Source: an uncultured virus (IMG/VR IMGVR_UViG_2634166398_000002) (Duplodnaviria; Heunggongvirae; Uroviricota; Caudoviricetes). Taken from it: a stretch of 64,000 nucleotides of DNA. Where the stretch lies: IMG/VR virus record IMGVR_UViG_2634166398_000002, one strand, 5' to 3'. This document shows positions 20,321-30,118 of the stretch, piece by piece. A program made the position numbers and the translations under genes. A model generated the notes under the pieces. That model saw only the letters and a list, made by a program, of their open reading frames with translations. It did not search any database and had not been told where the DNA came from. Every line of letters begins with the position of its first letter. The first letter of the stretch is position 1.

Positions 20321-20667
20321 TATTCTTTATATGCCCCGTTAAACAATCTGTTCGTGGTTGTTTCTGCTTCATTTTCAGCATGACGGAATGCTTCAGACAT
20401 TTCTAAATTAATATCTCCCATTTCCATGTAACCTTTGGCCATTTTTGCTTTTAAATCTGACAGCTCTGACATTGGTACTTGGATATAATCTTCCTTCTGC
20501 TCTTGTGTGATAACCATTTGATCCCCTTCAAGATTGGTCGCAATCAGTTCTCCTTTTAAAGCAGTGTATGATCCACCATTCTGCATATGAACTTGCGTAT
20601 TTTCTTTTGCTTCATCCAAGGTTACAAAGTGACTGCGCTTAACGTATAACTGTTTAGCAGCTCCCAT
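20317..20667 (-). CDS. yosL: MazE (EndoAI)-mimic, anti-MazF protein
   Basis: C-terminus MAKGYMEMGDINLEMSEAFRHAENEAETTTNRL closely matches B. subtilis MazE MRRGYMEMAKINLNISSEAHFAECEAETTVERL. Confidence 0.85.
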   Translation of the reverse strand: MGAAKQLYVKRSHFVTLDEAKENTQVHMQNGGSYTALKGELIATNLEGDQMVITQEQKEDYIQVPMSELSDLKAKMAKGYMEMGDINLEMSEAFRHAENEAETTTNRLFNGAYKEY

Positions 20668-20865
20668 TCCACAACTCCCTTTTCTTTATTTTTTGTTTTT
20701 ATTTTTGTCATGTCTAACGTCTAACTTATCCATATCATTTAGAATATGGTCAATAATAACATCGCTGAACTTACCGTAGACCTTATATCCAATTAATTTG
20801 CTTCTCAAATCTCTCCACTTTCTTGCTGCACTCATACTACTTCCCCTTCCTATGAAACTGTGATT

Positions 20866-21258
20866 TTATCTAGTTAGAATCCAATCATTGTTATTAATGT
20901 ACCTAACTACATCTGCATTAGTATAAATATAAGCCTCAGCAGTTCTGTCATTAGTTACATCAAACAAATCTGTAGCACCTCTTCTTTTAGCTTTAAAGAT
21001 CATATTTGTAAGAACATTGTTTTCACTCGGAATCAAATTTTCGGAGAGTTTAAATGTAAATTCATCTATTTTAGTCTGTTTTTTAACTTCTTTCACCTCA
21101 TATGGCACTTGGCTCTCTTCTTGAGCAAAAATAGCGTCTTTATGAGCTTCGATTGCATCATCATAAGTGTTAACAAGTGTTCCCATGCAATAAAGTCCGT
21201 ATTTTTTATTCATGTTCATCGTCCTTTCGTGGTCTTTGAAGTTTATTGATACTTTCAT
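20866..21258 (-). CDS. Hypothetical phage protein
   Basis: ORF in operon; start uncertain. Confidence 0.55.
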   Translation of the reverse strand: MKVSINFKDHERTMNMNKKYGLYCMGTLVNTYDDAIEAHKDAIFAQEESQVPYEVKEVKKQTKIDEFTFKLSENLIPSENNVLTNMIFKAKRRGATDLFDVTNDRTAEAYIYTNADVVRYINNNDWILTR

Positions 21259-21451
21259 ACAGCTCCATTAGCTCATTTAATCTTATTTCCACTTCTTCAA
21301 AATCGTATCGGCTTTGAAGAAGCAACACTCTTTCCCTTAATAGAAGCAACACTTCACTGACAGCTTTATCATGACCAATTATTTCTGCAATTGAATTTGT
21401 TTCATTAATTGATTCCATGATATATTTACCTTGTCTTCGACTTATTCCCAG
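21206..21451 (-). CDS. Hypothetical protein, paralogue of 22225-22521 (CTG start)
   Basis: AAGGAGGTG RBS before in-frame CTG. Confidence 0.5.
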   Translation of the reverse strand: MGISRRQGKYIMESINETNSIAEIIGHDKAVSEVLLLLRERVLLLQSRYDFEEVEIRLNELMELYESINKLQRPRKDDEHE

Positions 21452-21480
21452 ATAAGTTCACCTCCTTGTATTTTTATCCG

Positions 21481-21954
21481 TTAAAGTAAATTGCCCTCGA
21501 TAAGTAATACCATTTCTTCATCATTAGAAATCTCTTCTAGAACCTGTTTAAACGGCATAAGCTCTTTATCTTCTCCTGGAGCCCTTCCTTGTCGTATTGC
21601 CGCATAAACTTGCCCAACTTCAGTCATCTCATCACTTAATTCCCCGTCATCATCAGCAACTTCTTTTGTATATAGCGTCATTGCCTTTTCTTTTGTATAA
21701 GCTTTAATTAACGCATAATAGGGTTCACTCACTTCGAAATACTTCATAATGGGCTTCTCAACTTCCAATTCCTCAACGTAATCACCTTTAATTTTTACAT
21801 CATCAACACCGTTCTCAAGCAAATGATCTACGATGTCCTTTCCTAGCTGTTCTAACGCAGCCCCTTGAACAGATTCACTTTCGTTATTAAATCCCTCATG
21901 AGCGTAACAAGTTGCTTTTATTTCAAAAACTACTGCTTTAATCCCCATAGCCAA
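21481..21954 (-). CDS. Hypothetical phage protein
   Basis: 157 aa with MKYFEVSEPYYALIKA segment. Confidence 0.6.
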   Translation of the reverse strand: MAMGIKAVVFEIKATCYAHEGFNNESESVQGAALEQLGKDIVDHLLENGVDDVKIKGDYVEELEVEKPIMKYFEVSEPYYALIKAYTKEKAMTLYTKEVADDDGELSDEMTEVGQVYAAIRQGRAPGEDKELMPFKQVLEEISNDEEMVLLIEGNLL

Positions 21955-21962
21955 TTCTCCTT

Positions 21963-22304
21963 TTATTTTACTTTTGTGAATCTCTTAATCTCTTTACCAT
22001 CAACAACCACTTTTCCAAAGAACATGCCTTTAGGTCTTGCCCAAAGAACTCCGTCTTGGTCTTCATATGTAACCAGCTTTTCTTCTGTTTCAGTGTGGAT
22101 GACCTCTCCAATAACCTTATACAGACCGCCTTTATAATGTCTAAACCGACAACCAACTACATCGTATGTATCCTTCAAAGCATTCAACAACTTCTGTGCA
22201 TCCTGAGCATTTTTTGAACTGCTGTCATATTTGTTGAGATGTAAAACCGCTTCCTGCATTTTCAAATTCACTTTGTTCATCCTTCCCGGTTCCTCGAAGT
22301 TCAT
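21963..22304 (-). CDS. DUF1653-like protein
   Basis: RHYKGGLYKV...HTETEEKLVTY...WARP..MF. Confidence 0.75.
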   Translation of the reverse strand: MNFEEPGRMNKVNLKMQEAVLHLNKYDSSSKNAQDAQKLLNALKDTYDVVGCRFRHYKGGLYKVIGEVIHTETEEKLVTYEDQDGVLWARPKGMFFGKVVVDGKEIKRFTKVK

Positions 22305-22521
22305 TAATTCTATTCACCATTTCTCTAAGCTCTTCAAGCTTCACTTTTGCATTTTCATATTCCCACTCTGGATAATACAAGGATTCCAGCTCCAAAATTC
22401 TTCTCTTGAGTAGATTGAGAACTTCTGATAGTGCCTTATCCATTCCAATTTCCTCAGCAGTTGTGTTTGAATTTATCAGAGCTTCTCGAATACGTTGAGA
22501 CTGCCTTTGACTTATACTAAT
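22225..22521 (-). CDS. Hypothetical protein, paralogue of 21206-21451 (ATT start)
   Basis: Open frame extends to ATT downstream of AAGGAG. Confidence 0.5.
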   Translation of the reverse strand: MSISQRQSQRIREALINSNTTAEEIGMDKALSEVLNLLKRRILELESLYYPEWEYENAKVKLEELREMVNRINELRGTGKDEQSEFENAGSGFTSQQI

Positions 22522-22553
22522 GTCTAATCAACTCCTTAAAATCATCCTTTTAT

Positions 22554-22838
22554 TCAATAATCCTCTTGAGGGACTTTAATATAATTTGGAGCTTCTTCTA
22601 ACATCTCATCAAATATTGCGTCAATTACTTCCTGAAATACAGTTAAACCGGTTTCACTATTTGTTGAGGTTTCATTAATCTTTTCAGCAAACCCTTTAGC
22701 AAATTGTCTTTTGTATTTAACCTTAATTGATTCATCCCAGTTGTTTGGGTTATTGTTAAATGCCACTTCTAACAAATCGATCGGTAGAGTAATGACTACA
22801 TTTTTCCCTTTGACTTTCGCATAATCCATGCTTTCCAT
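22554..22838 (-). CDS. Hypothetical phage protein
   Basis: 94 aa, GAGGAG RBS; bracketed by palindromes at 22537 and 22852. Confidence 0.6.
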   Translation of the reverse strand: MESMDYAKVKGKNVVITLPIDLLEVAFNNNPNNWDESIKVKYKRQFAKGFAEKINETSTNSETGLTVFQEVIDAIFDEMLEEAPNYIKVPQEDY

Positions 22839-22868
22839 CTCCTCTTTTGTTTAAAATAAAACTTTTAT

Positions 22869-23255
22869 TCAATTACTTAAAATCTCTGGATCTTCATAAA
22901 TATTTCCGATAACTTCACCATGTTGGACATCTTCCCACTGCTGAGCAAACTCCTCGACACCTATTAAAGGAACATCTTTATCTCCAATTACAAAAGGATC
23001 AAATAAGTATCCACCAAACTCAGCTGAGAAAACACATCGGTATGCGTAGCCTCTAGTTTTCATATAAGGTGTTTGGATTAAATCCTCTTCATAAATTTCC
23101 TTTCCTTTTTTATCCTTAAGCCCCGTGTACTGCATGAGTACGTTTTTATGGCAATGACTTGTCGTTGGCTGTTTTAAAGTAAATTCATAAATCATCTCGT
23201 TTTTATTTCTAATCCAAGAACGGAACTTTATTTCTCTCAATATAATCCTCCTCAA
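22869..23255 (-). CDS. YopX-family protein
   Basis: EIKFRSW...LMQYTGLKDKKGKEIYEED...EVIGNIYE. Confidence 0.85.
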   Translation of the reverse strand: MRRIILREIKFRSWIRNKNEMIYEFTLKQPTTSHCHKNVLMQYTGLKDKKGKEIYEEDLIQTPYMKTRGYAYRCVFSAEFGGYLFDPFVIGDKDVPLIGVEEFAQQWEDVQHGEVIGNIYEDPEILSN

Positions 23256-23258
23256 TCT

Positions 23259-25239
23259 TTAACTGGTTGCGTTCAGAGCCCCACTCCATTCATTGAATTC
23301 CCTAATATCAACTTCCTTTCTCTTTTTTGTTGTTTGTTCTGATTCGACATGACTAATAATTCGCTTAACTTTATCAACTAGCGTCAATCGTTTTAAGGGA
23401 TAAGGAACATGTGATAAAGGCATTCCATTGCCTGCAGCCAGTGTGCATTTTGTAACAAGATCCTTAACCTCCCATTCTAGAATGTCCCAACCTAGCCCCG
23501 TTCCTTCTTCAGCAATTAAATTAATTTCATATGTACCTCTAGCCGTTGTAATCTTCTTTGTTAATTCCATAACATCACCCTCCATGTATTTAAGTTCATG
23601 CGAGTTTCTCCTTGTTAGATAAACAGTGTGCTCACATACAGAACGATCAGTGCAAAAGCTGAATACAATAAAGACTTGCCTGCTTTCTTGAAGATGTGTT
23701 CGTTTTTTTCTTGATCTGACTGTTTTACACCTTTGACAAATATATTGAGTAAAACACCAATAACAAATGCATGAGGTAAAGTGACATGGACATTTTGAAT
23801 GTTGTATGTATCAATAAGCAAAGAATTTAACACATGATTCAATCCATAATAGACAACTAGTGACATAGTCAATGCTTCAACAAAAATGAGTAACCCAACT
23901 ACAATCAGAGAACCTGATCCAATAAAGAAACCGTTCCAAATATCTTTTGTATTCTTATTCAATAAATATCTCTCCTTTGGTCTTTTTTAGTTAGCCTTTT
24001 CCACCAGGAAGTTTTACTCACTTCATTTTGTTCTTCAACTCGATGATTCTCTTGTCTGACATGTTTCTGCCATTCCTCTTCAAATTCCGCTTGCTCTTTA
24101 ATTGCTCTTTCAAGACTTTCTTTGTCTTCAATTGTCATAATGATCTTATCAGTCTGATATGTCCATTCATTTTTTGTGTTGCGCTGCCTGTCTGTTATGA
24201 CTACGTATTCGTTAAACCCTGGGATATACACTTTCCCTCCGACTTCAATTGGGTCTAAATCAATAATTCCTTCGAAGAAGGCTTTGAACTCAGTTTTTTC
24301 CTTTTCAGTAATACCGCAAAGAATATCCAGCCCCCAACTTTTCTTAATTACCTTCCCTTCAAATGTTGCTTTATGCCGTCCCACTTATCCACCTCCTTAT
24401 ATGTAACTTCCTAATGTGTAATCTGAGATAATTCCCTCTTCAATTAAGTAAGACATAATTTCTTGGACTTTATCATGTATGATATGTGGAAATTCAAGTT
24501 TTTCTCTTGTATAAGCATTCATGTAGTACTGATAATCATATGGTTGCAAACTTCTTTCATTTAGAACATCAATTTCACCTTTTAGACTGTTTTTATGTAT
24601 TGTTAAATTAAAAGTAATGTTAGGGTGAATTGATTTTATGAAGTACCACTTTGATTTCACGTGATCTGTAAAACCGATGCCTCTCATTTGTTTCTCTTCA
24701 AGTATGTGAAACCTCATTTTTCTCCCTCATTGATGATTTTCTTTACGGCTTTTAAAAGCATGTTTAGTGATTTCTTGTCACCCATTTCATCCCGATTGAC
24801 CTCAATAAAGTGAACTGCTGACATTAATTTATCCTGCATTTCAGTTGCTCCTCTCGATAAAAATTGAATTTTATTTATAATTAATTGTTTTAAAAATCAC
24901 TTACAACCCAGGCTTAAAATTTTCACGTCCTAGTGGAATTGATTCCAAGAGTGTTTTGCTCCCGTCTTCATTCCACTTATAAAGATAAACACCATAATTC
25001 AACCCATTTTTGAAATATCTTTTGCTTGCATATTCATATAGCTTTTTCTTTGCTTTTTCCTCTTTTTCAAATTGCATTGAGTAATGCCCACTATATGCTG
25101 AGACATTTGCTACATAAGGTTTTTGCATATTATTAATTTTAGTAATATTAGACTCAACATCTTTCAGTTTCTCTTCTAAAACCTTTTTCTCTTTCTCTAG
25201 CTCTTCTTTTTTCTCTTTTAAAGAATGTGTGTTGGCCAT
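23259..25239 (-). CDS. Run of hypothetical phage ORFs (23259-23585, 23615-23962 membrane, 23959-24384, 24397-24717, 24901-25239)
   Basis: Co-oriented ORFs with RBSs; no recognised motifs. Confidence 0.55.
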
Positions 25240-25343
25240 TTACTCCACCCTTTCTTAAAACACTGATCTCTGATTGTTCTAATTTGTCGTATACTGCGCT
25301 TGCCCGGGAAATTATGAATATTTTCTTCTGACTATTTCCTCTT

Positions 25344-25519
25344 TTATAAGTCCACCAACAGCAACCCGTCTAACCCATACACTCTATCTCTTTCAGTTAG
25401 CTTTCCATTCTTTCTCATGGTCTTTAGTGCATTTTCTGCTTGTTTACGGTTTGAGTAAATATGTGGGTGGTATCCGTATATTTCCCTTCACTTTTCGCAG
25501 CAATTACAAACATGTTCAT
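25344..25519 (-). pseudogene. Probable frameshifted small gene
   Basis: MNMFVIAAKSEGK continues as YGYHPHIYSNRKQAENALK...VDL only after a one-base shift. Confidence 0.35.
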
Positions 25520-25552
25520 ACTTCCACTCTCCTTGATATCTTCTTTTTAATT

Positions 25553-25726
25553 TTAGGTTAGAGCAGTAAGGAATAATCCAGTACCATCTGCAAGTAATCC
25601 AATAGTGATCAGAACAACATATGCCTTGCTAAAGCCACTCCAGTCTCTATAAATGAGTAGTTGTGACAATACTGTTCCTAAACAGATACCTCCGATAATC
25701 AAGAGTATTGTGATTAAATGCTCCAA
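25553..25726 (-). CDS. 57-aa two-TM membrane peptide
   Basis: GAGGTG RBS, TTG start, hydrophobic. Confidence 0.45.
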   Translation of the reverse strand: MEHLITILLIIGGICLGTVLSQLLIYRDWSGFSKAYVVLITIGLLADGTGLFLTALT

Positions 25727-25771
25727 CTCTTCACCTCGATTCTCGATAAAAGGAATATTTTATTTTTATTC

Positions 25772-25957
25772 TTAAAGTAACTGCAAGTAATCCAATGTCT
25801 TTTCTAATTTCATGTCTTCACACTTCTCAATGCATTCTTTCTTGATTGCTTCTCCGCATTCTTTGTGTACCGGGAATTCCCTGTATTCTTTGTTGTCGGA
25901 TATTCTTATGTAATATACGATGTTGCCAATGTGATCCTTGCATTTAACACACTCCAA
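25772..25957 (-). CDS. Small zinc-finger-like protein
   Basis: CVKC...HKEC. Confidence 0.55.
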   Translation of the reverse strand: MECVKCKDHIGNIVYYIRISDNKEYREFPVHKECGEAIKKECIEKCEDMKLEKTLDYLQLL

Positions 25958-25983
25958 TGCATCACCTCGATTCTTATATTTCT

Positions 25984-26033
25984 AATATACTCGCATTCTC
26001 TCGAACAATCAATAACTATTTTATTTTTATTCT
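25984..26033 (-). promoter_or_regulatory. SigA-type promoter with upstream repeat element
   Basis: AGAATAAAAATAAAATAGTT then TTGATT-17-TATATT. Confidence 0.65.
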
Positions 26034-26230
26034 CAAAAAGTTTCTTTTAAATTTCTTAGCTTTACTGTTGCAGCCAAAATATCCGAATCACACCTTTTCC
26101 ATATACGGTCATCCTCTGGCCTTAAATTGTTCTCTAAGTAAACCCAAAGCTTATCCAGTATCTCCTCAATCTCATCTACGTCATTAATAATGATATCCCT
26201 GGCAATATCCCTAATTACCCGAAACCTCCT

Positions 26231-26714
26231 CTACGAGAATATGATTATAGCTTTCCCGTTGTCATTCTTTATGTACGGCGAATGTCTTCTCTGAAGGTAA
26301 TTTGTCTCCTTACCTTCCCCAATGCTCACGTTATAAACAGTCTTTACCTTATGTATGTCTAATGCCTTCCGTTTAGCCTCTTCTGTAGACGTTGCTTCAA
26401 TTACCAAAGACGCGTTTTCGCCTTTGTGATCTTTACATCTAACATAGTACCTTTTCAATAAACATCCCTTTATCCTTTCTTGTTATCCTGTTGTATTAAT
26501 CCTTTTTTAGATAAGACTTGAAGAACTCATCTAGGTTTGCAGCAATCGCTCCAGCAACTTCTGCACAATGAGCATGACTCTTTTCTTGAGATCTTAAAAA
26601 CTCAACCGCAGACTTAGCAATGGCTTTTATTTTCCCCTCGTCTAATTTGCCGCTTCTTACTTCATCTTTAATTTTTTCGGCTTCCTCTTTTAAACTTTCT
26701 GGATAGTTAACCAT
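26231..26714 (-). CDS. Two small hypothetical proteins (26231-26458; 26496-26714)
   Basis: ORFs with RBS. Confidence 0.55.
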
Positions 26715-26768
26715 AGGATCGACTCACCTCTTGTATTTTATTTTTACTCTTTAAAAGACAAATTTTAT

Positions 26769-27707
26769 TTAAATTGCCGCTTCTGTTTGTACTCCCTTTG
26801 ACGTTGAAAAATCAGCGTAGCTTAAAATATGAGCTATTACATCAACTGTCCATCCGTCCCCAAGCATGTTGTATCTATGACTGTCTGCAACACCTTTTGT
26901 ATAACCTTCAGGTACCGTTTGCAGTCTCTCGTATTCCAGAGGAGTAAGCTTTCTAACTCTATCATTATGTATAACTTTCTTTTGCTTATGACCACCTCTA
27001 CATGCTGTTAAGGTTGGAGCTTTAAAATGAGGACTGTATACCCTTTGTAAAATATCATAGTTGTATAAATCAAGCCTTGCCGCTATTCGCTTATGCAACC
27101 CATAAAAATCATAATTAAGATTGTAATAATATTTTTCATCAACGTTTTCCTCAAGAATATCTGCTAAGACCTGGTGCCTTTGATTGGGTTGTTTAACGTT
27201 TGGAATGTTAGTCCAGTAATATCTTTTTCTTTCCTGTGCAGAAAGTAGTCCACTGTCTATCATTATTGGTTCAACGCCTAAATTCTTAGTAATCGTTTCT
27301 TTATCCTTCTCTTTCATGCTCTCAACATTTTCATATAAAAAATACTTGGGCTTAACTGTTTTTAACGCCCTCACATACTCAAAGAACAATTTTGATTTAT
27401 CTCCAGCCAATCCTGTAAAATGCTCTTCACGATCAGCTACAGTTATAGTGAGGTTCTGACATGGACTTCCGCCTAGCAAAAGATCAATTTTATTTAATCT
27501 TTTTAATTTACGTGCATCTAATTCTAAAATATCACCCAGTTGAACTGTGGATGGATAGTTCCTTTGTGTTACTGCTATACTCGATTTTTCGATTTCACTG
27601 GCATAATATACATAATCAGTAATGCCAACTTTATTTAGGGCAATTTGGCCGCAGCTCATTCCGTCAAATAAACTTAATACTCTCACTAAATCACTCCATA
27701 TATTCAA
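26769..27707 (-). CDS. DNA (cytosine-5) methyltransferase
   Basis: SLFDG (motif I), GGSPCQ (IV), ENV (VI), Q.RKRYY (VIII), RKLTPLEYERLQ (IX), GDGW (X). Confidence 0.9.
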   Translation of the reverse strand: MNIWSDLVRVLSLFDGMSCGQIALNKVGITDYVYYASEIEKSSIAVTQRNYPSTVQLGDILELDARKLKRLNKIDLLLGGSPCQNLTITVADREEHFTGLAGDKSKLFFEYVRALKTVKPKYFLYENVESMKEKDKETITKNLGVEPIMIDSGLLSAQERKRYYWTNIPNVKQPNQRHQVLADILEENVDEKYYYNLNYDFYGLHKRIAARLDLYNYDILQRVYSPHFKAPTLTACRGGHKQKKVIHNDRVRKLTPLEYERLQTVPEGYTKGVADSHRYNMLGDGWTVDVIAHILSYADFSTSKGVQTEAAI

Positions 27708-27733
27708 TTTTTATTCTAAATAAAATTGATCTT

Positions 27734-28003
27734 TTATGTAGATTGTACAAAATACCCAATACAACCTGGCTTTTCAGGTTTTAATTCGCCCCAAACATTT
27801 TTGTTCTTGTCTATAATTTGAAGCTTATATTTATTGCCTGTTCTCTTCTCGACTAACTCTAATGCATACTCATCAATACATTTTTGAACTTCATATTCAT
27901 TGAAAGTCCAAAATGTCGAGTCTTCTAATAACCGATGTAATTGCAATGACATTTTTCTACGCAACTCTAATATTTGATCTCTAAATTTTATTTTGAGCCC
28001 CAT
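27734..28003 (-). CDS. Hypothetical phage protein
   Basis: 89-aa ORF. Confidence 0.5.
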   Translation of the reverse strand: MGLKIKFRDQILELRRKMSLQLHRLLEDSTFWTFNEYEVQKCIDEYALELVEKRTGNKYKLQIIDKNKNVWGELKPEKPGCIGYFVQST

Positions 28004-28125
28004 TTTTTCACCCTTTTCTAAATAAGAGATATTTCAAACACTTTCACAAACACTTCACACATTTCAAATATTTAACATGCTAGACTGGAGATGTAATCAC
28101 AATCAAAACCTAGGAGGTAATTCTT

Positions 28126-28473
28126 ATGAAAAAGTTTTACAAAGGATTGATTGTTTCTGCTCTATCGCTTACAGCACTAGCACTCCCTGCATTCACATCA
28201 CAGGCTTCTGCTTTAACCCCTGTCAAATCAGTTGATCAAGTTAAGCAGCTAGGTGATCCGCTTGGTACAGTTGATTTTCACATGCTGAGGAATTCTAACG
28301 TATCTCTATTAAAAGGCTACACCCGTTGGGAAATTGTATCTGGAAGCAACCTTATAAGCATTAGTTCCAGTGGTGTCGTATCCTCTCATTCAACTTTGGG
28401 CACTGCATTGGTTTACGCGTATGACATTAACGACAATTATGTGATTTATAAAATTACAGTAGAAGCACGTTAG
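28126..28473 (+). CDS. Secreted protein (signal peptide plus beta-rich mature domain); moron-like
   Basis: MKK-hydrophobic-ASA signal; AGGAGG RBS; own terminator at 28481-28503; opposite strand to neighbours. Confidence 0.75.
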   Translation: MKKFYKGLIVSALSLTALALPAFTSQASALTPVKSVDQVKQLGDPLGTVDFHMLRNSNVSLLKGYTRWEIVSGSNLISISSSGVVSSHSTLGTALVYAYDINDNYVIYKITVEAR

Positions 28474-28512
28474 TTTACGAAGGAGTGTTAATTCACTCCT
28501 TTTAACTTTGTA

Positions 28513-29010
28513 TTACTCAAATAAATGAATCAAACCCTCTACAATATCATCGCTAGACCACTGCTCTGTATCCCATGAATATGTATGTAATCCTGCATCG
28601 TTCATTACTTCTCTATATAACTCTAAGACCGGTTCAATGTCTCGATCATTTATGTATTCGTCACCGCGTTCACTTAAACGCTGCTTAATAACTTTCGGAT
28701 CAGCATGTAAGTAGATCACTTTTGCTTTATATCTAATCTTCTCCTCGATTACCCTTTGCTGCTCTTCCGTTAAAATTGAATAATCCTTGAACTTTCTCGC
28801 ATAAACCAAATTTGAATATATGTATCGATCAATAATTACATTGTCCTCATCGGCAAGCTTGTTGAAGTGTTCGAACAGCTTCTTATTTCCGCTCTTGGCC
28901 AATTCAAAGCTGGATCCCTTTATTACCGGATATCCGAGTTCTTTGCTTAGCTTATCTGCTACTGTTGATTTGTAGCAGCAGTCAGTGCCTTCTAAAATAA
29001 TCATCGTCAT
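28513..29010 (-). CDS. yorR: Nucleoside monophosphate kinase-like protein
   Basis: EGTDCCYKST P-loop; IIDRY; RL..RGD. Confidence 0.8.
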   Translation of the reverse strand: MTMIILEGTDCCYKSTVADKLSKELGYPVIKGSSFELAKSGNKKLFEHFNKLADEDNVIIDRYIYSNLVYARKFKDYSILTEEQQRVIEEKIRYKAKVIYLHADPKVIKQRLSERGDEYINDRDIEPVLELYREVMNDAGLHTYSWDTEQWSSDDIVEGLIHLFE

Positions 29011-29165
29011 TTATCTTCCACCCTTCTTACATTACTGAAGCCAAGCACTCTATATGAGCCGTCTGGATACTCAACTTCTAATTGCTCATGTCCTTTATCA
29101 ACTTGTGCAACAACACCAATCTCTCCTGTGAAACCAGCAATCACCTTCTCTCCCTTTTTAAACAT
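29007..29165 (-). CDS. 52-aa SH3-like protein (yorQ position)
   Basis: MFKKGEKVIAGFTGEIGVV...; ATGA-coupled to yorR; AAGGAGG RBS. Confidence 0.6.
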   Translation of the reverse strand: MFKKGEKVIAGFTGEIGVVAQVDKGHEQLEVEYPDGSYRVLGFSNVRRVEDK

Positions 29166-29169
29166 ACAA

Positions 29170-29373
29170 TTAACCTCCTTTAGCTGGATTTAATTCATGC
29201 TCCTTGAAGAATGTAATATCACCTGTTTCATCACTGACTGCGTAATCATATGTGGCAGAGTGTAGCAGCTCAATAATTTTCCCTTCCCGTCCAACATGAT
29301 GAGGACAAGCGTTCTTTGCATTCTCATTTATGATGACTCTTAACCCTTCTGGATAAGACCAAAACTTCGGCAA
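29170..29373 (-). CDS. yorP: YorP-family protein
   Basis: CPHHVGREGKIIELLHSATYDYAVSDETG. Confidence 0.8.
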   Translation of the reverse strand: MPKFWSYPEGLRVIINENAKNACPHHVGREGKIIELLHSATYDYAVSDETGDITFFKEHELNPAKGG

Positions 29374-29384
29374 TTTACCGCCTC

Positions 29385-30092
29385 CTAACTAATAATCGAG
29401 ATTGTCCCACTTTGTTTACCAAAATTAATTGCGTCACGCTCGGTTGCTACGAGCAAGTCCACTTTATTTCCAACTATTGCGCCTCCAGTGTCAATTGCAA
29501 TTGCTTTAAATGTATTTCCACCAATTCTTACTTCAACAATTGAATTCAAAGGAATAACACTTGGATCGGTTGCAATAACACGATACCCTTTGTAATAGAT
29601 TGATTGAGTAACATCAACACCTGTTCTTGTGGTTCCTGTGCATCCTTCTTGGCAGTGGGCAATATAAGCACTCAACTTAACCTGGAAAGTTTTCTTTGCG
29701 ACCAGTGCCTTTCTTTCTTTTTCTTGTTTACATATTTTATTTTTACCCTTAAAAACATTATGCTTTGCCATCTCACCTCCTTTCACGTGCCTTTTCTTAC
29801 TTTGCTTAGGTTTAATGAGTTTTGCTGAGATAATCTTCTCTGTATGCCTTTTTAATTGTTGTTCTTTGTTCGTTTGAGCTTTTTTAAATAGCCGTAAGAC
29901 AATATTCTCACTTGATCGGATACTAATCTGTCTAGGCTTCTTATAAAATGATTCTTTTATTAAGTCTTCATTTCCCTCTGTTTTATGTAAATGTTGCTCA
30001 TAACTTATGTAAGAAAAAGTGGCTAACGGAATTAAAATCATCATACCATAAACAGATCTGGAAATGTGTGTTTTTATTTTATTTTTATTCAT
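29385..30092 (-). CDS. yorM: Membrane-anchored 3D-domain (MltA-like) protein
   Basis: IATDPSVIPLNS...AIDTGGAIVGNKVDL; N-terminal TM segment. Confidence 0.8.
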   Translation of the reverse strand: MNKNKIKTHISRSVYGMMILIPLATFSYISYEQHLHKTEGNEDLIKESFYKKPRQISIRSSENIVLRLFKKAQTNKEQQLKRHTEKIISAKLIKPKQSKKRHVKGGEMAKHNVFKGKNKICKQEKERKALVAKKTFQVKLSAYIAHCQEGCTGTTRTGVDVTQSIYYKGYRVIATDPSVIPLNSIVEVRIGGNTFKAIAIDTGGAIVGNKVDLLVATERDAINFGKQSGTISIIS

Positions 30093-30118
30093 AAAATTTT
30101 TATTGATAATCCTGCCTC

